Origin: Podarcis tiliguerta
Taxonomy: Eukaryota
Strand: one strand, 5' to 3'
Assembly: GCA_965153285.1 (NCBI GenBank)
Contig: OZ229114.1
DNA length: 64,000 nt
How positions within the stretch are numbered: position 1 is the first letter of the stretch; each line of letters starts with the position of its first letter. A model generated the notes under the pieces. It made no database searches. It was not told the DNA's origin and saw only the letters and a list, made by a program, of their open reading frames with translations. The translations under genes and the position numbers were made by a program. Below are positions 25,897 through 38,127 of the stretch, one piece after another.

Positions 25897-26046
25897 TAGA
25901 ATCATAGAGTTGTATAGTTAGAATCCTGAGGCTCATGTAGTCCAACTCCTTTCAGCGCAGGAATATGCAGCTGTCCCATGTAGGGATCAAACCTGCAACC
26001 TTGGCATTATCAGCACCACACTCTACCCAACTGAGCTATCCTAGGC
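25897..26046 (-). mobile_element. tRNA-Ile-derived SINE with CR1-type tail (second copy)
   Basis: Shares aacctgcaaccttggcattatcagcaccacactcta with the 6354-6500 copy; tagaatcatagag CR1 tail. Confidence 0.75.
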
Positions 26047-26428
26047 TAACTAATTGCTGGCTGGCTGGCTGCCTAAGACTATAAACTGTAAGCTGTTCTA
26101 GTAGTTCTATATGACTAGAATGGATTGGCAGTTGTAGCTTCCATTCAGGGGCATTGTTGACTCAAGTCATTTAAGTACTTAGCATCCTCCCTGTTTTGGC
26201 TGGTATCTCAAATCACCTGGCAATCCTACACAAATCAGAATGATGATACAATTCATCTGCAAAAAGCTCTCCAATCCTCCTGAGGGCTTATTCAGCACAT
26301 GAGCTGACTTGATGCTGAATTCTAGTATCCCAGTCAGAAATCTTTCCAGCGTAATTCTGATTAACAAAGAGGCAATCTAGAATTTCCTCAGCCAGGAATA
26401 ATTAACAACAGTCTGTTTTATTGATTAG

Positions 26429-26650
26429 GAAAATGGAACTGTGAAGAAGATCATCAGCCAGATGACGCAGAATCTACTGATGACTCTTGCGGCACGCAAT
26501 CAGTACCAGGAGATCAGAGAGAAGTTCCGCCAACCCGTGACTGACAAAGGCACAATCCTGAAAACAAAGCCTCAGTCGTCACAGAAGGACATCCTGAGTG
26601 TTTGCTGTGACCCACTTGTCCTTGCGCAGCAACTCACACACATTGAGCTG
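26429..26650 (+). CDS. RASGEF1A: RASGEF1A coding exon 4 (ENGTVKKIISQM...CCDPLVLAQQLTHIEL)
   Basis: gattag|gaa acceptor; ctg|gtgagt donor. 222 nt; start of CDC25 RasGEF domain (LAQQLTHIE). Confidence 0.96.
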
Positions 26651-27920
26651 GTGAGTTCCTTTATCTTCCATCTACTTGAAGGTTTAGCAGGGCCAGGGCA
26701 AGCTGTTCTCCAGCCGAGCTCTGAGTTACAGCTTGAAGGTTTGAGAAAAGTGGCTTCTAGATATAAGAGAGACTGAAGGAAGAAGGGAGCCTGGCAATTA
26801 CAGAGGCAATGAACTCACTTGAGCTGGAGAGAGAAAAGACCACTTGCGGCTGATCACTTTCTCACTCCTGCAACCTCTTTTAGGAGATTCATTGCATTGT
26901 CAAACTCTTGTTCCTGACTTGGAATATCTCAAGGGGGGAAGAGGAGTCACAGTCAACGTCAGAAGCTCACTGTCTTCTAAATCGTTCTAATGAGTACTTC
27001 AGCCACTCAACCCATCCATACATGCTACCAGGACTGGTTTTAAATGTCATCTCAGAGCAAGGCTAACACACCCAGAGACTAGGAGAGACAAATGAAAGCA
27101 GAAATCTTTCCCAAGGACCACCTCTCTTAAAGGTCCAACCACATATCTGCATTACTGTCCCCTGGTTCCCTGACTTGGAGTAAGGGATGCCAAATATTAA
27201 CCTGGAAGCTCTGCTGGTGGATATGCAGCTGTGACACCACCTGCCCCGCTACATCAATGGTTATTTTGCCCACCCATCACTCCTCTCTGCTGTGCTGGGC
27301 AGCTGGAATCTGCTTGCTACAGCAGAGAAGGGGGAAAGGGTGGAGAAAGGACCAATGGAGCAGCAGGGTGGGAAGACACTCTACTACATGTCTTCTCGCT
27401 GCTCTATGCCCTTACAGAATCTCCTGGTTAGCAACAAGCAATCCAAGCTGATGCATTTCAAAAATTCATTCCTGCACTTTCCATAAGCACCAACTTACAC
27501 TGCATACGCACAATGCATTTAAAGCTTGTGGTCCCCCAAAAGGAATCCAGGGAACAGTCATTTAAAGGTGCTGGGAATTGTAGTTCTGTGAGGGGCAAGC
27601 TACAGATCCTGGGGTCTTTGGAGGGCAAGCAGTGTGCTTTAAATGGATATACACAGCCTTAGGCACAGCAAGAATCTGGTCAGGCAGTACCGAAAAATCT
27701 AGACAAAGAAAGGGGTAGCAAGAGAGAAAGCGAACTCTTAAGTATGTGTGTGACTCTGTGAAGCAGCACAAGGTGTGTCTTTTACAGGACCCAAAGCCTA
27801 TTCTGTTAAACAGGTGTCAATTAAGATCTGGCCCGACAGGGCTGTCTGGCTGTCACAGCTCTCTGTTCCTCATATGTGTGCTTGCAAAATTGACGGCCTT
27901 TGCTATCTTGCTGTATCTAG

Positions 27921-27995
27921 GAGAGGGTGAGCAACATTTACCCCGAGGACCTCATGCAAATAGTCAGCCACGTGGATTCCCTGGATAATCACAAG
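27921..27995 (+). CDS. RASGEF1A: RASGEF1A coding exon 5 (ERVSNIYPEDLMQIVSHVDSLDNHK)
   Basis: tatctag|gag acceptor; aag|gtgcgt donor. 75 nt, in frame. Confidence 0.94.
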
Positions 27996-30267
27996 GTGCG
28001 TACCAAGTGTGAACGCAGTGGCAATTTGAAACAAGGCTACAGGCAACATTGTGTGCATGGCTTATACAGATGTTTAAAATTAAAGGCAAACTTATCCTGT
28101 TTCTGTAACAGTTTAAGTGTTATAGTTTCCCCCAAAGAATTTTGAGCTTGGTAAGGGCACGGTATGGGTTAGGATTAAGATCCTTGGCCAGAAATCACTA
28201 ATCTTCCACCCAGAACTAAGGTTTCCAGGATTTCATCAAGAAAGAGGATGACTGTTACAGCAGACTAAATCCATAGCGCAGGCCACCTTTTGCCAAGCAG
28301 GTGCCCTCTAGATATTTTGGACCACAACTCCCATCAATCACAGCTCTGTGGTGACTGGAGCTGATGCGAGTTTTGGTACACAACATCTGGTGTAGACATT
28401 CCATCAATAGCTGCCCAATCTGCCACATTTAAGTTGACACCCAGTTCCTATGGCACATACCAAGTTTTTGTACACCCGAGAATCAAATGTGAAGAAATAG
28501 GAAAATTATCACCCGCAGTATTTAGCTAGTTTCTTGAACTGTCAAACAACCAAGCTGCACTTGGATATGGGAGAATAAAGAGGGGTGTACTCTAAGAGAA
28601 GGGTAGCCAATGTGGTGCCATTCAGATGTTGCTGAACTCTCAGCAAGCTTGGAAATGTTCAGGGATTGTGAGTGCTGAAGTCCAATATCATCTGTAAGGA
28701 CCATATGGCTAGCTCTGCTCTAATAGGACAGCTCCTGTTAAATAAGCTGACTGCCCTGATTTCTTCGCTAGCTGAGGCTTTCAGTACATTTTAATATATT
28801 GTGCATACATATAGCATGACAGACGAAGGAGGCCTTCTTTTTTGTTCATGCTTTATGAGACTTAAGCATTGAGGATAAACAAGCAAATTGCTGGATAAGA
28901 CAATGGCCCCTATCGCTGCCCCCATCCCCTTTGTCTCTTAGGTGCCCTGTGGATTTTATTCAGGTAGGAGGGAGAGAGATCCCTATTTGTGAGCTGCCAC
29001 CTACACAGCTGGGAGAACATGTAAAGAGCACCTTATGTAGCAGTTCTTTTCTGCAAGTTAGCAATTATGGAATTCAGAGGTCAAGGAAGTCTGCAGGGAT
29101 ATTGTACAAGACTGGGATCTGTCTAGACACAACAAGAAGAAAAGATTAAATATCATAATTCACACCAGTACTTATTATTTTGAGCCTCTTTCCTTAAAGT
29201 CCCCAGGTAGCAAAGTGTCATATGTTGTTGTTTTTTCAACCTTCCTTCAAGGTTAAAAGCAATTTGAAGTTTCTCAGTTACATACAGTGAATTGAGTACG
29301 CCCACCTTAGCTATTGTTCCCTACTAGCATATAATGTTACTGAACATGCAGTCATCTCTTAAATATGACAAAATGGGTTTGGACAGTGTGTATTTTTCCC
29401 CCCGCTTGTCATTCCTAAACACTTATTGAAGACAATATGCAAATCCTTACTATTTTCACAAACACCCCAGGAGGAAAAGCACGAGAAATATACACCCCTT
29501 TCTCTCTGAATGCTCTAAGTGGTTTCCCAGACAGCTGTCCAGACCAAAAATTCAGAATGATATAAAAGAGAACCAAAGTTCTTATTTTTAATGGTGCACT
29601 TATAGCCAATACAATTGGCCATATTTGGGGTGTTCCTCTCCCACAATTATAATTGTGCAAGGGAGGAAACAACAGGGCCTCACCCCTTCCTTAGGGGGTG
29701 TTGTCATTGCCCAGACTGTGCATCTCACACATTTGTACAGTGTGCCTGCCCACTTGTGGAAGGTTCTCCCTGGGGAGTCTCGCCTGGCACCCTCATTACA
29801 TATCCAACACTTACAGCAGTCCCATCCTCTGAAGAAGTTACCCTTGCAATATGTGAGAGGTGCACAGACCAGGTGACAAGGAAGTGACATAGGAGGCAGA
29901 GCCAGAGACTTCAGCCTTGCTCCCCGACCTCTCATAGGCTGTAATCCTGTGAGGTGAGGGGGAATTGCCCATGTGGGGCACTTGATTGCTGGAAATGTCT
30001 CAAACGGGGAAAACTTTTGCATCTGACAGAACTCGGGACATAAGATTTCCCCGGTAACAGAGGGCACTGATCTAGTAAGGAGGATACCACATGGGATGGG
30101 GGAGTTCATTTGCCCCACGTCGCCGTTGAATCACAGCCTGGAGAGTATGTCTGTCTTTGAAGCATGCAAGCTGAAGTCACTTGTGTGGAGATGCATGGGT
30201 GTCACTGGAAACAGCCATTTTTTGCAAGCGCTTCGTACAGGCATAATTTACAACCTTTCTTTTGCAG

Positions 30268-30360
30268 TGCCGAGGCGACGTTACTAAGACTTACACTCTG
30301 GAGGCGTACGACAACTGGTTTAATTGCCTCAGCATGTTGGTGGCGACGGAGATTTGTAAG
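30268..30360 (+). CDS. RASGEF1A: RASGEF1A coding exon 6 (CRGDVTKTYTLEAYDNWFNCLSMLVATEICK), followed by a GC donor
   Basis: ttttgcag|tgc acceptor; exon ends aag|gcaagt (GC donor). 93 nt; joins in frame to VVKKK of the next exon. Confidence 0.93.
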
Positions 30361-30949
30361 GCAAGTACTGACAAGGGAAATGTGCCAGCTACTCTTCCTT
30401 CACTCTCGCAGTTTTTGGCCCAACTCATTCCAAACTGCCTTGGCTGAAACTCTGTGTATCTTAGCCACCTCCCACCAAGTAACATCTCCTCTGGCTCAGG
30501 ATGCATATGAATGCACCTGCCCATGCAAAAATGCAATCCTTTACAGAATATTTGTTGGCACTTGAAGTCAGCTTCCCTTTGTATTTTTTGCACCCATTCC
30601 CATCCTATTCTGATTTGACTCACGCTGCGTAGCAAAAGCCCAATTCATACATTCCCCAAGCAGCATTACTGCTGCTTCACCTGGCTCCATCCCATGGGAT
30701 GCTAATACTGTAGGATGTAGTGATATCCCAGGAGGCTCCTTCATCACTGTACTTCCCCTTGAGTTCTAGCAGATGTGGCACTGCAAAGTCCCCTGTGACT
30801 TTCGCCTCCAACACAATTCAGTGTGTCATATATTTCTGGAACTTTATGGGATGGGGGAAACAACAACCATTTTGCTCTGGAAATGTATGAACTGGACCAC
30901 AGCGAGGGAACAGGAATGGGTTTGGTCATATGAACACACATCATGCCTT

Positions 30950-31334
30950 GTGACGCGGGTGGCACTGTTGTCTAAACCACTGAGCCTCTTGGGCTTGCCA
31001 TGCAGAAGGTGGATAGTTCGAATCCCTGCGACAGAGTGAGCTCCCATTGCTCTGTCCCAGCTTCTGCCAACCTAGCAGTTTGAAAGCATGCCAGTGCAAG
31101 TAGATAAATAGGTACCACTGTGGGGGGAAGGTAAACGGTGTTTCCGCGCGCTCTGGCTTCTGTCACGGTGTTCCGTTGCGCCAGAAGCAGTTTAGTCATG
31201 CTGGCCACATGACCCGGAAAGCTGTCTGTGGGAAAACGCTGGCTCCCTCAGCCTGAAAGCGAGATGAGTGCCGCAACCCCATAATCACCTTTGTCTGAGC
31301 TTAACCGTCCAGGGGTCCTTTACCTTTACCTTTT
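30950..31334 (+). mobile_element. Sauria SINE, full length
   Basis: gacgcgggtggcactgttgtctaaacc head; tttacctttacctttt tail; 12-bp TSD ACATCATGCCTT (30938-30949, 31335-31346). Confidence 0.9.
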
Positions 31335-33155
31335 ACATCATGCCTTATAACAGAACATCTTTGCTTTAGAGTGAACGGTGTGTAGGTGTGGAGATGCAAT
31401 AGTCTTTGTGGCTTCCAAGATGCAAGCTTCACTTGAGCTGCTTACAGTGCCAAACTAAAACATACAGCATGTGCCTCTTTCTCAAACTCCATATAATAAA
31501 AAGGAAGGGAGAATTGTGTGACTGTGACATGAAAGTATCTAGAGGTACTTAGAACAACCATTAGTGACTGAGAGCTGAACCACTTTCTTAGAGTTTGTGA
31601 AAACCCAATATATAGAATATGTAGGCTTACCTCAACAGAAGTGTCTTCTCTGTATGCAAACAGGTGGACACTAACCACACATAGGATTCGTAACATGTCA
31701 GAGTCTGACCGGAAGATGGAAATGTATCCCAAAACATCATCTTCCAGACGTACGAAATCAGTATGGTAGTGAAAAACGTACAGTGATAAATTTTGGAGTG
31801 CATTTTTCTAAAATTCTTAGAGTCATGTGGCAGAATCATGTGGTAGCATCCTTCCTGGATTATATCACTTTAGATTGCAGATAGGCAATGAGATTTTTGG
31901 ATGCTCCACCATGTCAGTTAATTTTCTGCATGTAAAATCTTGCACGCTGGGAGAAAGGTTCTAGCATAGCCTCTCCCTACATGTGATTCCCTACAAGCAA
32001 AACATTTGTTAGCCCTCGGAAACAAAACTTGAAAAAATAATGCACAAAGCAAGCATTGATCCACTATCAACGAGGCTAGTGAACAGTGACTGATAATTGT
32101 ACCAAACCCATTAATTCTCAGAAGCTAATTACAAACAGCATAGGCAAAAATGCAACTCAGCAACACGTCATGTGGGAAGCAAATGTGTTTTTTAAAAAAC
32201 AACATGGGGCAGTCATTTGGACAAAGCTAAGAATTTTAAAACCCTTTGTTTTCAGGGGGAGAGATTTAAGTGCATGCCTAAGTCTCCCACTTGAAATGAA
32301 AAATGTAAAGATATTTTTTCCCACTGTGGCAAACTGCAGTGGTGGCACCAGGATTCTCCTGGAAAAATGCCTCACGGGGGGGACGGGGGGGGCACACCTT
32401 GGACCTTCCTTGCAGTAAAGGAGAAGAAGGTGATGGGGTGGCAGACATGTTCACTTTGCTAGGTGGTAGCATCAGCAGCCAATAATGAGGTGAGCGGGGG
32501 TGAGGGGCCGGCAATTTTTCACTGCCTTGTCTGAGACCGTTTTCTTGCTCTGCCTTAATAATTGTGCAAATGCTGTTGCTTAGGCTCATTTCCCTGCAGA
32601 TTTGAAGTGAGCTTAGTGCTTTACCTCAGGATATCTTATCAACAGTAACATTAAAAAAAGCTGGATTATAAATCCTCAGAGCTATAGTGAAGCAAACCCC
32701 CTGCTTCCACCCTACAGAAGCACACCTCCCCTGGATGGAATATTTCCTATTTTCTAACATTTGAGGACAGAATGTTTTAAATGTATTTGGTATTCCAGTC
32801 ACCAAAATCATTCTTTCTTTGCTTGACAAAATTTCCCCAACGCCTAGTTTCTTCCTTACATAAGGCTACAGGATTCCAGCATCCATGGACATACAAAGCT
32901 TTCATGATCTTCCAAAGATAATGGCTCTTTAAACAAAACAGGGATCTTAGATCACTATCACAAAGGCTTACTCTAAAAAGGGGGGGGGGGGTGACTCAAA
33001 TCAGGATAGAAGCATCAACACCTTTTCCACTGAAATACTCTTCCTCAAAGCCTTTAAAAAACAAACAAATGTTGTTTGCTTGCGGGATTGCCATGCCTCC
33101 ATTGAGTAAATGCTACCCCACTTCTCCCATTCAAGGTTTGCATTTTAAATTTCAG

Positions 33156-33258
33156 GTCGTGAAGAAAAAGCAGCGGACAAGAATAGTGGAATTTTTCATT
33201 GATGTGGCAAGAGAGTGCTTCAACATTGGAAACTTTAATTCCATGATGGCCATTATCT
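33156..33258 (+). CDS. RASGEF1A: RASGEF1A coding exon 7 (VVKKKQRTRIVEFFIDVARECFNIGNFNSMMAII)
   Basis: tttcag|gtc acceptor; atct|gtgagt donor. 103 nt, phase 1 end; CDC25 NFNSMMAI motif. Confidence 0.96.
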
Positions 33259-34548
33259 GTGAGTACTCTTCCGCAAGGCACCTGTGGGCAATGTGTGTGA
33301 CAGCGTCAGTAGAATGATGGTGTTTGAGTAGATGCAGCGTCCCGCTGAGAGTGCTGCACTCCGGATGACAAATGGGCATCAAAGATATTACCAAGTGAGA
33401 CTCTCCAAATAATTAACTGGTAAGTGGTGGGAGATCAAAAGAAGAGACAGGGGAAAGACAGGTAAAAGTAGTCTGCGCTTGCCAAAGAGACGAGCCACAC
33501 AAGACCTTTTCATGCCTTGCAGAATGGCAAATCAGAGTTTGATGCTCAAAGCATATTTGACGGAGAGGTACCACCAATCCTGGCTCCCTGGAGAGTGAGT
33601 CAGTGCATGTTTGCAAAAGGCAAGTGTGCCTCTTCTTGTCTACATAATCTAGTGCACACTTAGAATATTTGAAGTGTATGCCTAATGTGTGAATTGTCCT
33701 GATTACATAAAAGGACATTGGGGGGGGGGGATAATCAGATTATCCAAATCCTGGAAATGCAAACTTCTCCCAGCTTCAAACCTTTGGCACAGTTGTAACA
33801 AAAGTGACCAAAAGCGGACACAGAATTGTTTTCTCAATAGCAAAATTTCCCTCCATCCTGCGTTAAAACATGTTTAAGGTACGCAACAGAAGTCTTAATT
33901 GGGATTAAGCTAAGAAGAATTCCTGTCCTAGACTCAAAACTGGCATTGTCACCTGAAGAGGAAACACACATAGATGAAGGCTGTGGGGACACATGATCAG
34001 CCCCACCGGCTGGTGTCACATGACTGCTCCAGTCCCACCTTGCTTTAAAGTGCACTTTTGCAGCCAGCAGCCTTCTGTATTCATGGATGTTCCCTGTGTG
34101 AGTTAGGCTCTTGGAAGACCAGGGTTTTCACCCACTGCAGAAGTGCACTTTAAACATGCAAATGGGCTGAAAGAGTTGCGCAGCCCCAGTTAAGAGAGCT
34201 GCAACCCCAACTTACAGATGTTCCCTCTTCAGGGAAGGGGGCTTAAGAATCCTGGTTAAGTGGGATGCCAGGTCAGTGCTGGTGCCAGTGCAGTGCTTAA
34301 CCATAGAAAGGGTGGCTAAGGAGGGGTGCAGTCTGGAAAGGAGAGGAACAAGTGAGAAGGAGCATGCGATCCCATGGCCTGTTTCTGATCTTCGTTACAT
34401 CTGCACTACACTCCTTTGACACAACTTCCTGCAGAAGTAGTGATTTGCAGAACAGTACTGCTGAAAGCATCCTGACAGACATGCAGGGATGTTTTCAATA
34501 ATTTGCTGAAAATTTTCCATTTGTTTTTGTTTTTTTTTCTCTTTTTAG

Positions 34549-34628
34549 CGGGTATGAACTTGAGTCCTGTTGCCCGGCTAAAGAAAACTTGGTCCAAAGT
34601 CAAAACAGCCAAATTTGATGTTTTAGAG
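34549..34628 (+). CDS. RASGEF1A: RASGEF1A coding exon 8 ((S)GMNLSPVARLKKTWSKVKTAKFDVLE)
   Basis: T-rich tract then tttag|cg; gag|gtaatt donor. 80 nt; CDC25 RLKKTW motif. Confidence 0.96.
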
Positions 34629-35351
34629 GTAATTAAATCATCATCATCATCATCATCATTTATATGCTGCTTTTTCCACGTGTCCCAAGTGGTTCACAAC
34701 ACAACAGCAAAAATCCACATCAATGCATTATTAGAATAGCCCAGAAAAAATGGATTTTAAAGCATGATTGATATGAAAATCCAAACCATTCATTTTGATA
34801 ATACTAACATTATAGCACCATAAATGGTTCATGCTTTGCCACGTACTGCCAGAAATGTGCCATGTATTTCTTCCTTTTAAAAAAGTCTTTAAAACTGTGT
34901 TTAGTAATTGTTCTCTTCCCAGAGCCAGATAGTATAAATGAAGCTCAAAAGGTACACTATAAGATGCTGAGTATGAAACAGCTAAGATAGCCTGATCTCT
35001 CAAAAGCCATTGAATTTCTTCACAAACTTTAATTCCGTTTCAGTAGAAAATAATATTTAACAGTTCCCCAGTGCTCATCAGACATCTGCAGCTTTGCCCA
35101 CATCAGGCTGGAACACTGCAGAGAAGGAATACGTTGGTTCATTTGGGTAGAATAGTGCCTGTGCATCTTTAGTCCATAAGTAAAAGATCCTTCTTAAAAA
35201 CGGGAGCTGAACTTTCAGAGAAAGGACCTGGAATATCCCTAATTGTGGCCGGTGCCCCCTCCCCCACCTCAGTCCCTGTGGTATCAGCCCTGTTTAAACC
35301 CAAGTGATTCTCCTTTTGCCTTCATGATGTATATTCATCTCCAATTTAAGT

Positions 35352-35365
35352 CCGCCATCTGGTGG
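35352..35365 (-). promoter_or_regulatory. Candidate CTCF motif
   Basis: Minus strand CCACCAGATGGCGG matches the CCASYAGRKGGCRS core at every position. Motif match only. Confidence 0.4.
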
Positions 35366-36158
35366 AGAATGATGATCAGCATTTAACCAGTGATTCCTGC
35401 CACAAACCTCTTGTTATGTTTAAATCATTTGAACACAAGCGCAACTGGGGAAGAGAGAAATCAAAGAGGGCGAAATGGTTTGGAATATTTGAAAGATATT
35501 GTTGGGAGCCTTGTCCTGAATCACTGGAAATTTCACTAATATCCTGCCACTCGGAACCTAAGTAGACCCTTGCAACAAAAACCAGTTGGTGAAAGAAGCA
35601 TATCCCACTGTGAAACAATAAAATATCAAAGCAGGAACAAAAATTGAACAAGTGATGTTTCTCTCCAAAGGCAAGATTTAGTAATGCATGATGACTTATA
35701 TGTGTGCACCTAACCAATCATAGGCAACATCTTTCCCATCACTCCAGCACAAGGCTATTCAGTGGACAGAGTTCACATGTGCAGCTGTAGGTCATCAGGT
35801 GTCAGGTAATCAAGTGATGTACATGGATGTGTGAACCAACCCTGAAAATCTCTGGATCACAACTCCCAGGTCAAATCCAAGCCTGCCCATGCAGCGTATA
35901 GGCAAGCACCCATTTCACACAGAACTCATACACAATGCATCCTGTCTAAAGGAATGAAATAGCACTTCCTCTGGTCTCAAGAAGGTTCTGTGGGGAGGAT
36001 GTTTGTAATTATCAGATGCTGTAAGCAATAGGAATATGTCTAAAGCTTTTTTTAAAGTCTTTTATAGGGGGAAAACAGATCCTGATCACTATAAAGCAAA
36101 TGTTGTAAGCCTTTGTACTCAGAGGAATTCTAACAAATTCTCTTTTTGATCCAAACAG

Positions 36159-36350
36159 CATCACATGGACCCATCCAGCAATTTTTGCAATTACCGAACA
36201 GCCCTTCAAGGAGCAGCACAGAGATCGCAGACAGCACACAGCAGCAGGGAGAAAATAGTCATCCCCGTTTTCAACCTCTTCATTAAAGATATCTACTTTC
36301 TGCATAAAATACACACCAACCACTTGCCCAACGGACAGATCAACTTCAAG
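36159..36350 (+). CDS. RASGEF1A: RASGEF1A coding exon 9 (HHMDPSSNFCNYR...HLPNGQINFK)
   Basis: aaacag|cat acceptor; aag|gtacag donor. 192 nt; NF.NYR, IP.F and INF.K CDC25 motifs. Confidence 0.95.
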
Positions 36351-37281
36351 GTACAGCTTGTTTTGCAGGCAGTGAACGAAGCAGTTGCACAGTGAGCGCT
36401 GCAGGCAGACAAAACATCCAAGCAAAAGAACAGAATGCCATATGTAGTCCGTGAGGCTTGCCACTTGGCCATTTTTATACTGATCTGTTTGCATTCTGTT
36501 CCTTCAGAATAGGTTTGTCACAGCTTGCTCACAGCCTCACGTTCAAACTAGAGCAATTAACCAATCAGGGGCAGGGGGGAGGGAATTGCATTTGAAACGA
36601 GCGCATCTCGGCAACGACAAAAAATTGGGTTACTTGCTATCACAATGTTGAACACAGAACCTCTGTCTCCTATGTCCCCATCTGTAGAAGATGGAAGTGC
36701 TGGCTGCATAATGGGCAGGGGATGAAACTATTTTACCTAGTGGTTAGAGCACCAGAACAGGACCTGGGAGGCCTGGGTTCAAATCCCTGCTCGGCCGCAA
36801 AGATAGTGATGCCAGGATTGCACAGAGGAGCTGGTTGCATGATCTGGTGCTTCTACATGGGAGGAGGGAGTGAGGTGGCTGCTGTCATGTGCACGATTGC
36901 AGCAGCTTTAAAAAGGCCCATTGCAGCTGTGCCAGCGGAGGTGTCTGCAAATCCATAGGGATGCATCCAGTGCTGTCCTAGTGCTTGTGCAACAAAACTC
37001 ATTGGCTCTTCCTGCACATACCTCAAACCAGCTCTGGAGGGTTTGGGGGACTCTGGAGCACTTTCTGGAAGGAAGGGTGCATGGGGAAAGTGCATGTTTT
37101 GTGCAGCACCGGATGCAGCCCATACAGTTGACGAGCCTTTTGATGGCCCTGTTTCCCATGGGGGGGGGGCTGCAGACTGTCATCTCTAACCGTTGAACTA
37201 CAGGCTTAACCAAAGTTCAGAAGGTGGCATGAAATAAACAATAATGAAATGCTGATTTGAATAATTTTATCTCACACACAG

Positions 37282-37405
37282 AAGTTCTGGGAAGTTTCAA
37301 GGCAAATCCATGACTTTATCACATGGAAGCAGGTGGAGTGTCCTTTTGAGAAGGACAAGAAAATCCAGAGCTACCTGCTCACAGCACCTATTTATAGTGA
37401 AGAAG
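37282..37405 (+). CDS. RASGEF1A: RASGEF1A coding exon 10 (KFWEVSRQIHDFITWKQVECPFEKDKKIQSYLLTAPIYSEE)
   Basis: cacacag|aag acceptor; gaag|gtaaga donor. 124 nt, phase 1 end. Confidence 0.95.
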
Positions 37406-38054
37406 GTAAGATTATTCGGCAGCTCACACAAAATTTGCTCGTTTCTACAAACGACATGTGCAAAAGGCACAACGGTGAAAGTGAAAATGGGCAGATTTGC
37501 CAACAGCTGTGGATGTTGTTGGTGCTGAAGAGGAAGAGGAAGAGATATAAACTCTGCAACCGACAAGCATAAACCATGTGGCAGTATTCTAAGAATCCAT
37601 TAGAGGATTCCTTTGGCTGTTAGGGCTCTGTTTGAAAGGATACATACTTGCAAGGCTGCTGACAGTAATGCAACCACAATGTTTTATAGGCTTAGGGTCC
37701 AAGGCGGCAGGTGTAGTTGTAACTATCCGTGCTTTACAGAATACCATGGAGATAACAGGGGGGAAATGTATTCTATCTTTTATGTGTCCTAAAATGCTAT
37801 CGTTTGACATCATTATGGCTATAAAAGGAGAAGGGCTGTAGCTCTGCTTGAGTTGCAGAAGGAACAGATAGGGGTGGGAATGTTCCCTGTCCCAAGTTGT
37901 GGAAAGACCCTGCCAGTCAAAGCAGTACTGAGCTAGGTTGGGCAATGTTCTTATTACATATAAGGCCACTTCCTCTGTTCCCATGTGATCAAAATCCTGT
38001 TACATGTTCTGACTGACTTCCCGTCCTTCTCTGCCCCACCCTCCCAACCCTCAG

Positions 38055-38127
38055 CTTTGTTTATTGCATCATTTGAAAGTGAAGGTCCAGAAAATCATAT
38101 GGAGAAAGACAGCTGGAAGACACTCAG
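38055..38127 (+). CDS. RASGEF1A: RASGEF1A coding exon 11 ((A)LFIASFESEGPENHMEKDSWKTL)
   Basis: ccctcag|ct acceptor; cag|gtaatg donor. 73 nt, phases consistent. Confidence 0.95.

Noticed and set aside
29600-30118. 172-aa minus-strand ORF
   Set aside because: Antisense within a RASGEF1A intron, partly a decayed L2 fragment (~29745-29810), no coherent domain.
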